Assembly: GCA_016214905.1 (NCBI GenBank)
Contig: JACRMQ010000007.1
Location: 631,695-695,694, forward strand
Length of the DNA stretch: 64,000 bases
DNA from: Ignavibacteriales bacterium
Lineage (GTDB): Bacteria; Bacteroidota; Ignavibacteria; UBA10030; SZUA-254
Reading direction: 5' to 3'
The notes below the pieces were generated by a model. It did not search any database, had not been told where the DNA came from, and saw only the letters and a program-made list of their open reading frames with translations. Made by a program: the position numbers and the translations under genes. Position 1 is the stretch's first letter, and the number at the start of each line of letters is the position of its first letter. Shown piece by piece: positions 9,313-18,000 of this stretch.

Positions 9313-9842
9313 AAGCTAAAAAGATGAGTATCGTAAAATTAGTTTTCGACCTTATTGAAGATAGTAATTATTTTCTCAAAGAAGCTGAAAAGTTAGAGAA
9401 TAATTCTTCGGTCCAGCAACGATTCCTAAGAGCATCCCTCCTGAGTGTTTGGTCTGGATTTGAAGGTTGGATTAATAAGACTTGTTCTGATTTAGCAAAA
9501 ACGATTACTGATATTACCGTGCATGAAAAAGGTTTCTTAGTCGAAAAAAGGATTGAGATGAAGAACGGTTTATTCGTGTTGACAAACTCTGATAAATATG
9601 AAACCATAGAGAATAAGGTCGATTATTTGCTTAGGAATTTTGGAAACCGTAGGCTCGATAAGTCAAATAAACATTGGCAAAACTTTAAATTTGTCAAAGA
9701 ATTACGTGATTCCATTGTTCATCCTAAGAAAATTAATCCACCGCATTTATCGATTTCAAACGTACGTTTAGCTATAGAAACTATTAAATATTATTTACAG
9801 TTGCTCTCGATAAGGATTTACAAAACTAAACTTGAGATATAA
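9309..9842 (+). CDS. HEPN-domain protein (putative RNase effector)
   Basis: 177 aa. C-terminal ELRDSIVHPKK is a canonical R-x4-H HEPN motif, and the N-terminal half looks helical. Translationally coupled to the preceding gene; ends 5 nt before hsdM. Confidence 0.55.
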   Translation: MKAKKMSIVKLVFDLIEDSNYFLKEAEKLENNSSVQQRFLRASLLSVWSGFEGWINKTCSDLAKTITDITVHEKGFLVEKRIEMKNGLFVLTNSDKYETIENKVDYLLRNFGNRRLDKSNKHWQNFKFVKELRDSIVHPKKINPPHLSISNVRLAIETIKYYLQLLSIRIYKTKLEI

Positions 9843-9847
9843 TAATT

Positions 9848-11269
9848 ATGCCTGACGTCGTCCAAAAACTCTGGGGATTCTGTAATACGCTCCGTCATGA
9901 TGGAATCGGTTATGGCGATTACATCGAACAGCTTACGTATCTCCTTTTTCTAAAACTCGCTGACGAAAAAGGTGTCGGCGTTCCAAAAAATTATTCATGG
10001 CAGCACCTCAAGAGCTTGTCAGGTACAACACTCACCGATCATTACATCGAGATGCTGAGAAAACTCGGTAAAGAGAAGGGTATTCTCGGCGACATCTTCG
10101 CCGGTGCGCTATCCAAGTTCCGTGAACCGGTCAACCTCAAGCGACTTATCTCACTTATAGATGAAACAGAGTGGTCGGAGCTTGATGTCGATCTCAAGGC
10201 GGATGCATACGAGGGACTTCTACAAAAGTACGCCGCCGAGCAAAAGGGTGCTGGACAATACTTCACACCTCGTGAAGCGATTCGCTCAATCGTTCGCTGC
10301 ATGAAACCGGATATCCGTGAGAATCCTGAGTTCAATATCCATGATCCCGCTGCAGGTACAGCCGGATTTCTCATCGGTGCATTCGAGTGGATGATGAAAC
10401 AAACCAATCAAGGTGCATCATTCACACGTGAAGATCGTATGCGCCTTCTCAAGCGAACATTCTCCGGTATGGATATCGTTCTCGAAACTCGCCGCCTTGC
10501 CCTGATGAACCTTTACATTCATGAAGTCGAAGCGCAAATTTATTATGGCGATTCGCTGGCAGAAGGTCCGCATACAAGCAAGAGGTACAATTGTGTTCTC
10601 ACCAATCCTCCATTCGGCACAAAGGGTGGAGGTGAATCACCCAACAGGGACGACTTCACTGTGAAAACATCCAATAAGCAGCTCAACTTCATACAACATG
10701 TGATGCAAATCTTGAAAACCGGTGGACGTGCAGCAATGGTTTTACCTGATAACGTCTTGTTTGAAGATCACGCCGGCAAAGAAGTCAGGCAAATCTGGAT
10801 GAAAGATTGCGATCTTCATACGATTCTCCGTCTTCCCATCGGTACGTTCACGCCATACTCACCGGGAGTGAAAGCCAATGTTGCCTTCTTCCGAAAAGGA
10901 TTACTAACCGAAGAAGTGTGGATGTACGATTCACGAACGAATACTGAAAAAATCGCCAAACGTAAGCCGCTCACGGCTGTGTACTTCGAGGATTTCGAGA
11001 AGTGCTACGGTAACGATCCAAACGGACATCCCAAATCCAAACGTAAAGAGACGGACCGATTCAAACGCTTTACTCGTAAAGAAATTGAAAAACGAGATGA
11101 CAACCTCGATATCTTCTGGCTTAGAGATGAGAGTCGCGAAGATAACGAGAACCTCCCTGAGCCTGAAGACCTGATTACAACAGCCATTGACGAGCTTCAA
11201 TCCGCTGTGGATGAACTGAACGATGTTATGTTAATACTCCAGAACGGCAATGGCAAAAAGAAAGTCTAA
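9848..11269 (+). CDS. hsdM: Type I R-M N6-adenine DNA methyltransferase subunit M
   Basis: SAM-binding motif I HDPAAGTAGFL and catalytic motif IV LTNPPFGTKGG. The HsdM N-terminal helical domain is present. Confidence 0.92.
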   Translation: MPDVVQKLWGFCNTLRHDGIGYGDYIEQLTYLLFLKLADEKGVGVPKNYSWQHLKSLSGTTLTDHYIEMLRKLGKEKGILGDIFAGALSKFREPVNLKRLISLIDETEWSELDVDLKADAYEGLLQKYAAEQKGAGQYFTPREAIRSIVRCMKPDIRENPEFNIHDPAAGTAGFLIGAFEWMMKQTNQGASFTREDRMRLLKRTFSGMDIVLETRRLALMNLYIHEVEAQIYYGDSLAEGPHTSKRYNCVLTNPPFGTKGGGESPNRDDFTVKTSNKQLNFIQHVMQILKTGGRAAMVLPDNVLFEDHAGKEVRQIWMKDCDLHTILRLPIGTFTPYSPGVKANVAFFRKGLLTEEVWMYDSRTNTEKIAKRKPLTAVYFEDFEKCYGNDPNGHPKSKRKETDRFKRFTRKEIEKRDDNLDIFWLRDESREDNENLPEPEDLITTAIDELQSAVDELNDVMLILQNGNGKKKV

Positions 11270-12836
11270 TACCATTCTGAATCCATCGAAGGCGCGTAAA
11301 GAATCTGATTTTACACCACCTAACGGTTTACCACCAGGATGGGCCAATGTTGTTCTCGAAGAGGTCTTGCTTTCAATCGAGAATGGGAATCGTCCAAAAG
11401 GTGGGGTTCGAGCATACACTAGCGGTGTACCTAGTATTGGAGGTGAACACTTAAATGATGATGGCGGTTTCAAATTTGATAATATTCGCTACGTTCCGGA
11501 GGATTTCTACCAGAAACTTAATAGAGGCAAAATTAAACTTCAGGATGTGCTTATCGTAAAAGATGGAGCAACCACAGGTAAAGCATCTTTCATTAACAGT
11601 GATTTCCCTTACAAAAGTGCAGCTGTCAATGAACACGTGTTCATCATTCGTGGATGTCCTCAAGTGATCGACCAACGATATCTGTTTAGGTACCTTTTCT
11701 CTAAAGCAGGCCAAGAACAAATCGACAGTAACTTTAAAGGTTCAGCTCAAGGAGGTATAAATTCGACTTTCATATTAAATTTCTTCCTTCCTCTTCCACC
11801 TCTCCCGGAGCAAGATCGCATTATTGAGAAGCTTGAGAAGCTGTTAGAGCGAGTCGAACGAGCCAAGGCATCCATCGAGAACGTTCCGAAGATTATCAAA
11901 CAATTCCGTCAGGCAGTTCTTGCTGCTGCCTGCTCAGGTAAGTTAGTCGAGCAGGATTCTTCTGATGAACCAGCATCTGAGCTGCTCAAGCGCATCCGCA
12001 TCGAGCGAAGAAAGAAATGGGAAGAAGATCTACATGCTCGCCGAAGCTCAAAGAGCGTAGGCGAGATTATCAAAGGCAAAGATCCGAAGAAATACAAGTA
12101 CGAAGAGCCAGTGGAACCGGATACATCAGAGTTGCCAGAGTTACCGAATGGGTGGGTGTGGGCATTTCTTGATGATGTTTGTCCATCAATCCAAGACGGA
12201 ACACATTATTCACCAAAAGTTCAATACAAAGAGCCGGGGAAAGATCGATATCTTTATATCACATCGAAGAACATAAAGGATGAAGGGATTGATCTTACGG
12301 ATGTTACTTATATAGATACCAAAATTCATGCAGATATATTCAAAAGATGTAATCCGGAGAACGGTGATGTCCTGCTCATAAAAGATGGTGCTATAACTGG
12401 TCGAGCGACTATCAACAACTTAGATGAAGAATTCAGCTTGCTTTCAAGTGTTGCATTGCTGAAGACAAATCACCAAATACTAACTCCTAAATATTTACGA
12501 AATTACTTGGTGAGCCCGTTAGGATTTAAAATTATAACAGGGCAAGTTACAGGGTCTGCAATTACACGTATTGTTCTCCATAAGATAAAGAGTTCGCCAA
12601 TATCGATACCACCATTAGCTGAACAGAAGCGCATCGTTGCCAAAGTTGAAGAACTCTTCACCCTTGCCGATACTATCGAAGCATCAGTCAAAAAAGCCCA
12701 AGCCAACGCTGAGAGAATTAAACAGTCACTCCTTACAAAAGCATTTCGTGGTGAGTTAGTCGAGCAGGATCCGAATGATGAATCGGCAAGTGTGCTGCTT
12801 GAAAGGATACAAGAAGAAAAGAAGAAACAGCAGTAA
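11250..12836 (+). CDS. hsdS: Type I R-M specificity subunit S
   Basis: Two target-recognition halves, each followed by the conserved helix LPPLPEQDRIIEKLEKLL or IPPLAEQKRIVAKVEELF. Overlaps hsdM by 20 nt. Confidence 0.9.
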   Translation: MAKRKSNTILNPSKARKESDFTPPNGLPPGWANVVLEEVLLSIENGNRPKGGVRAYTSGVPSIGGEHLNDDGGFKFDNIRYVPEDFYQKLNRGKIKLQDVLIVKDGATTGKASFINSDFPYKSAAVNEHVFIIRGCPQVIDQRYLFRYLFSKAGQEQIDSNFKGSAQGGINSTFILNFFLPLPPLPEQDRIIEKLEKLLERVERAKASIENVPKIIKQFRQAVLAAACSGKLVEQDSSDEPASELLKRIRIERRKKWEEDLHARRSSKSVGEIIKGKDPKKYKYEEPVEPDTSELPELPNGWVWAFLDDVCPSIQDGTHYSPKVQYKEPGKDRYLYITSKNIKDEGIDLTDVTYIDTKIHADIFKRCNPENGDVLLIKDGAITGRATINNLDEEFSLLSSVALLKTNHQILTPKYLRNYLVSPLGFKIITGQVTGSAITRIVLHKIKSSPISIPPLAEQKRIVAKVEELFTLADTIEASVKKAQANAERIKQSLLTKAFRGELVEQDPNDESASVLLERIQEEKKKQQ

Positions 12837-12870
12837 AATAATCACATAAAGAAGCGAAAAGGTTCACATA

Positions 12871-13275
12871 ATGCCATTTGATGATGAAACCATAGAATTA
12901 GTGTTCGAAAAAGCAAATGGAAAATGCCACTACTGTGGTAAGCAGCTATCATGGGCAAATTACGGTCGCCGAGACGCGCGAGGTGGCTGGGAAATTGATC
13001 ACAGTTTTCCTCGTTCTCGCGGAGGAACTGATCATCTTAATAATCTTGTACCATCGTGCTGGACATGTAACCTGGATAAGAGTAATACTTCGAGTAAACA
13101 ATTCAAACGATATGCTGAACCATTGAAACGAGATCGCAAAAAGAAAAGAATAGAAAAAACGGTAACCGAGATCCTTGGTATAGCTGCTATCGGAGCGCTT
13201 CTCATAATAGGAGCTAAGATGCTCTCCAACTGGCTCGACAAGAGCAATCAGTCTGATAACCCTCCGAATCCATAA
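12871..13275 (+). CDS. HNH endonuclease with C-terminal transmembrane anchor
   Basis: CHYCGKQL...WEIDHSFPRSRGGTDHLNNLVPSCWTCNLDKS is a beta-beta-alpha-Me HNH motif with CxxC...CxxC. A basic linker (KRDRKKKR) follows, then the hydrophobic helix ILGIAAIGALLIIGAKML. Confidence 0.8.
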   Translation: MPFDDETIELVFEKANGKCHYCGKQLSWANYGRRDARGGWEIDHSFPRSRGGTDHLNNLVPSCWTCNLDKSNTSSKQFKRYAEPLKRDRKKKRIEKTVTEILGIAAIGALLIIGAKMLSNWLDKSNQSDNPPNP

Positions 13276-13345
13276 ATAGATTTGTACCTACTCACACCCC
13301 TGTTCCGAAGTATTTCGGGAAAGATATTCATTATTTTTCTCTCCC

Positions 13346-13383
13346 TTTTTTGAATATAGTTGCGCACACTTGTCTTTTTCGGC
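13346..13383 (+). repeat. 38-nt direct repeat, copy A (left boundary of the ImmA-PIN-giant cassette)
   Basis: ttttttgaatatagttgcgcacacttgtctttttcggc matches 21442-21479 at 36 of 38 positions in the same orientation. The flanking sequence is unrelated. Confidence 0.85.
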
Positions 13384-13396
13384 ACGTCTTTGTTCA

Positions 13397-13432
13397 GTTG
13401 ACAAAATGTAATATTTTTCGTATATTGTCAAC
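13397..13432 (+). promoter_or_regulatory. Sigma70-type promoter embedded in an 8-bp inverted repeat (candidate operator of the XRE-ImmA regulator)
   Basis: TTGACA (13398-13403), 17-nt spacer, TATATT (13421-13426). Inverted repeat gttgacaa (13397-13404) / ttgtcaac (13425-13432). A GGAG lies 6 nt before ATG 13451. Confidence 0.6.
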
Positions 13433-13450
13433 CAGAGAAATGGAGAATTT

Positions 13451-14521
13451 ATGATTGGTATTCGAATTAAACAAGCTCGGTTAGCAGCGGGCTTTTCCTT
13501 ACGAGAATTGGCAGAAAAGACGGATAATTATATAAGTGCACAAGTTATACATAAGTATGAACTTGGTAAATCTATGCCCGGCTCCGATGTGTTGCTTAAA
13601 TTAACAAAAGCGTTAGGAGTAAAGATGGAATTTTTCTTTCGTCCTTTAACTCAAAATGTATCACTTAGTTTACCTGCATATCGAAAACGTGCAACGGCTT
13701 CGGTTAAACATCTTCAATCCGTTCAATCCCATGCAAAAGATTGGGTCGAAAAATACCTAGAAGTTGAATCACTCTTCTCCGATCATCGGGTTTTAAAAGT
13801 ATCTTTACCCAAAGAACAAGATCGATTTATATCTAAGTTGGTGGATGTAGAACATTTAACTAAAGAACTGAGAAAACATTGGAAACTTGGGATTGATCCT
13901 ATCGAACATCTAACTGAAGTTCTTGAAGATAGAGGAGTGAAGGTTGTCATGCTGGAAGGCGAGGATGATTTTGACGGTCTATCTTGCTGGGCAAATGACG
14001 AAATCCCCGTAATTGTTGTGAAGAAAAATCAAACTTCCGATAGATTACGTTTCAGTATCGCTCACGAACTTGGCCATCTGCTTATGAAATTATCATCGTC
14101 TGTTAATCCGGAGAAAGCTTCAGACCGTTTTGCAGGTTCCTTTCTTGTCCCCGAAGAAGCCGTCCGGCTTGAACTTGGGGAATCGAGAAATAAACTCAGT
14201 GTTTTTGAACTAAGGTCGATTAGAAAAAAGTATGGTATGAGCATTCAGGCATGGATATACAGAGCAAAGGATGTAGGTGTCATCACTGAAAATTATGCGA
14301 CGTCAATTTTTCGATTATTTAAAAAATTAGGTATCCATACCAAGGAACTTGGAGATCAGCTTCCTTCCGAGCAACCAAAACGTTATGAACGTTTAGTCAT
14401 TCAGGCTGTTGAAGAAGGATTGTTATCCCCAGCCCGTGCAGCTGAGTTGCTTGGCATATCACTTAACGAATTCCGAAAAAATCTTAAGGGTGGCTTTGAA
14501 AGATCCGACACTAGTTCTTGA
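13451..14521 (+). CDS. XRE-family HTH fused to an ImmA/IrrE (COG2856) zinc metallopeptidase domain
   Basis: N-terminal HTH (IGIRIKQARLAAGFSLRELAEKTDNYISAQVIHKYELGKSMP). HExxH site in FSIAHELGHLLM. Confidence 0.85.
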   Translation: MIGIRIKQARLAAGFSLRELAEKTDNYISAQVIHKYELGKSMPGSDVLLKLTKALGVKMEFFFRPLTQNVSLSLPAYRKRATASVKHLQSVQSHAKDWVEKYLEVESLFSDHRVLKVSLPKEQDRFISKLVDVEHLTKELRKHWKLGIDPIEHLTEVLEDRGVKVVMLEGEDDFDGLSCWANDEIPVIVVKKNQTSDRLRFSIAHELGHLLMKLSSSVNPEKASDRFAGSFLVPEEAVRLELGESRNKLSVFELRSIRKKYGMSIQAWIYRAKDVGVITENYATSIFRLFKKLGIHTKELGDQLPSEQPKRYERLVIQAVEEGLLSPARAAELLGISLNEFRKNLKGGFERSDTSS

Positions 14522-14987
14522 CACAAGTATATGTGTCGATCTTTCCAATGGGAAGCTGCTCGAAATTGCATTGCAGCTACACTATACATTTCTTTTACCA
14601 GATGTCATCGCTGGTGAGTTAATGGATCCACAGGGAGAAGACTTGCTGAAGATAGGTTATAAGGTAATTAATCTTGCACCCGAACAAATCGGTTACATCG
14701 AAATATTAAATCAAAAATACAGTCAGCCTTCGAGAGCCGATTTATTTGCGCTTGCATCAGCAAAATATCTCTCGTGTATTTTGCTGACAGGAGATCAATC
14801 ACTTCGTAAAGCTGCAGACACAGAATCAGTAGAAGTTCATGGAATATTATGGTTGTTAGACAAACTTGTATTTGGCAAGCTAATCACTGCGGATTTTGCT
14901 TCCCATTCACTTAATAATATAATCGAAAGCGGAAGCTGGTTACCCAAAAAAGAAATCGAAACGCGATTGAAGAAATGGAAAAAATAA
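14490..14987 (+). CDS. PIN-domain protein (COG2405/DUF3368-like)
   Basis: LVLDTSICVDL is the N-terminal acidic PIN motif. ILLTGDQSLRKAADTESVEVHGILWLLDKLVFGKLI follows the DD..aR..A...G..v.GtlgvL pattern. GTG 14490 is proposed as the start (32-nt overlap with the upstream gene); the ORF-track start at 14409 would overlap by 113 nt. Confidence 0.7.
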   Translation: MALKDPTLVLDTSICVDLSNGKLLEIALQLHYTFLLPDVIAGELMDPQGEDLLKIGYKVINLAPEQIGYIEILNQKYSQPSRADLFALASAKYLSCILLTGDQSLRKAADTESVEVHGILWLLDKLVFGKLITADFASHSLNNIIESGSWLPKKEIETRLKKWKK

Positions 14988-15041
14988 TGCTGTTAAAATT
15001 CTCGCTTGAAATTAATCAAGTTAAATTATTATTAATAGATT

Positions 15042-18000
15042 TTGAGATCAAACATCGTGCGTGACGATTTTTCACAATCAGTGAAGGAATTACTTGCTAA
15101 GCGAGTTAATTATCTTTGCTCAAATCCGAAGTGTTTGAGACAAACTTTAGGACCACATTCCGATCAATCAAAATTTGTTAGTGTTGGAGTAGCGGCTCAC
15201 ATTACTGCAGCAGCACCAGGTGGAAAAAGATATGATCGGTCGCTCTCTAAAAAAGAGAGAATGAGTTCGAGGAATGGTATCTGGCTCTGCACAGATTGCG
15301 CAAAAATAATTGACACTGATGAGGTTGCATACCCAGTGGATCTCTTGCAAACATGGAAAAGAAGCGCAGAGACTTTAGCATCGAAGGCTTTCCAAAGCGG
15401 GTTTTCAATTGCGAGTGAGGGGTCGTCATTGTCGCTATTGTACTCAATTAATGCTGATAACCAAGAATTAGTATCCCAAATTAATACGATTACTGAAAAA
15501 GAATTGGAAGATCAACGTCAATCTTGGCGTGAAGGAAAAAGAGAAGACGCTCAACTATGGATATCTTCAGTTAAAACAAACGATACAATATGGTTAGCTC
15601 TGCCAGGCGAAACTAAAGGCAAAATTCTGAATTTTGAAGCAGCTATCGGTCTTGATAGTATGAGTGACATCAATCATGTCCAAATATTAATCAACCAAGC
15701 AGGACAAATCGCACCTTCTGTAAATCAAGTCCGTCTACGAGCGATGCTTACATACAAAATGTCCGGTCCAATTGATGCAATCAAACTTCTTGACGAACAG
15801 ACGGACATCGATGGACTTAATCTAAAAGCAGCTTTATATCTTGAAACTGGAGAAATACAAAAGTGCGAAGAAATATTCGTCTGCGATGGTGGATTGGATG
15901 CACTTACAAAGCAAAAACCCAACGCAGAGGTGTTCAGAATTCGTGCGCTTCTACATCTTGTAAAACGTGAGATTGATCTATCTCGACTCGCGATTCGAAA
16001 AGCATTGGAGCTTCAACCCAAGTGGGAAAGTATCAGAATTACTGCAGCTCTGATAAACTATTTCTGTGTTATTGTTCCTGCCGCACTTCCTGCACGACTC
16101 ATGCCTTGGCCTGAGCCTGTCGATTGGCGAGCTCTTAAACGTGATAACGATAGCGTTAGATATCTCCGCGAGGCAACAGAGACCTTCAAAGAGCTCATTG
16201 AATCTCATAGGAACAATCTCGAAATACGCCAAACATTCGAATCATGGTTTATTGCTTGTCTATTAAATGATGCTATGCGGCAAGACGAAGCGATAGCGTG
16301 CTGCCAGAATTTCTTAAAAGATGATCCTGCTCACTATCGAATAGTTGCTTGGGTAACTTCTCGTAACTTGGATATAGACCTTCGACCGTCGATACATACT
16401 CTTGAGAATCTTATTAGAAGAAAGAATGCTACAGCCATTCATGTTGTTATTCTCGTTAGTTGCTATTTGATAAAAAAACGTTCGACCAAGGCTATTAAAT
16501 TGCTTCAACAGCAAAAGAATATCTTTCTCCAACAGAAAGGTAAAGAGCTTTGGCACTTCTGGAACGTTCAATCTTATGTAGTTGGAGAAGATATCAAAGG
16601 TGCCGCACGTGCCATAAAGGAGTGCTCGACAGAGATCAATACACAATCGCTGGAAGAGATGATTCTGCATGCCCAATTCATAAAGGATGGAAAGCCGGAA
16701 CCATTAATCGAATATCTCGAATCAATTCACAGGAAAACTAACGATCCAATATATTTGCTTGAAGCGTGTGAAGTAATGGCTCAGGGGGGCAATTGGAAAT
16801 ATGTATCCGAGCGCGCTGACATACTAATTAAGGAAGTTCAAAGTATTCAAGCGGTGAGGTTAACAGCTATATCGACACTAAATAATGGTGACCCAGGAAC
16901 TTGTCTGAAGATCATTGATGATCACATCCATATTTTCCCCGACCGTCAACTCCCAAGTGATCTCCGTCGAGTCAGAATCCAAGCGACACGAGCTCTCGGT
17001 TTGTTGCCAGATGCCTTAGCCGAAGCTGAAAAACTTGCTCACGATGATTCATCTACAACAAATATTCTCAATTGTGCTCAATTGTATTTCGAAACTGGTG
17101 ACTTGAAAGGTCTCGCGACTAATGCGAGACTGCTTATTGATCGTACAGATGTCACTTCTGAACAATTATTGAATTTGGTACGGTTAGTTAATTTGGGGGA
17201 CCATAATTTAGCATGTGCACTATGGCGAAAAGCTATGAATAATGGAATCCCTGATTCTACTGTTTCTCTGGCTTTTGGGCTTGCATTTCAGCTTGGGCTC
17301 GAAAAGGAAATTGGTTCACTTCATAAGCGAATGGCTGACCTCAGTCATTCTAGTCGTCATGGTGTTAAAATGTTTTCTCTCGATGATTTAATTTCCCTTA
17401 TAAAGAATCAGCGAGAGCATACTGAAAAAATAGAAGACGCTTACAATAATGGGATTGCACCAATACACCTTATTGTTGAGCTAGCCAATAAGACACTTGT
17501 GGAGCTTTATCATTGGTCTTTGACTAAGCGTGAACAAGCACGCGATCCTCAATATCAATCATATCTCTTAGCGCGTCATGGAGGCAAACTACTAATGAAT
17601 TGTTTCCCCCAGGAAGCTCCTTCATGGAACCTCCACTTAGACATTACAAGTATTCTACTCGCAGAGCACTTGGGTATATTTGATTTCATTGAAAAATCAT
17701 TTACTCCAATTATGATTCCAATGGAAACGATACCTGCACTTCTTTATATGCAAGAGCGGATGAAATACCATCAACCTAGTCGATTGGAGGAATTTCGAGC
17801 TATCCTTAATATGATTGAGATGCAAAAGATTTTTGTAATTGAGGATCGACTTAAAGAAGAATATGAGAATCATTCTCTTATAGAAGAGATGGGTATGGAC
17901 TGGGTCTCCCTGCTTGAGAACGCACGGATAAAGAATGGTTATCTCGTCGATTTTCTTCCACTTATAAAAAATGATCGGAGTGGTCCTCCCAGTGCTCTTT

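Noticed and set aside
14409-14489. Long start (14409) for the PIN gene, and similarly extended tracked starts at 3513, 4325, 24900, 26146, 27976, 28557, 33707, 49783, 51910, 52757, 54174, 55154, 58083 and 63004.
   Set aside because: The extended N-termini overlap upstream genes or hairpins. Downstream in-frame starts have RBS-like sequences, signal peptides or stop-start overlaps. The choices remain unverified.
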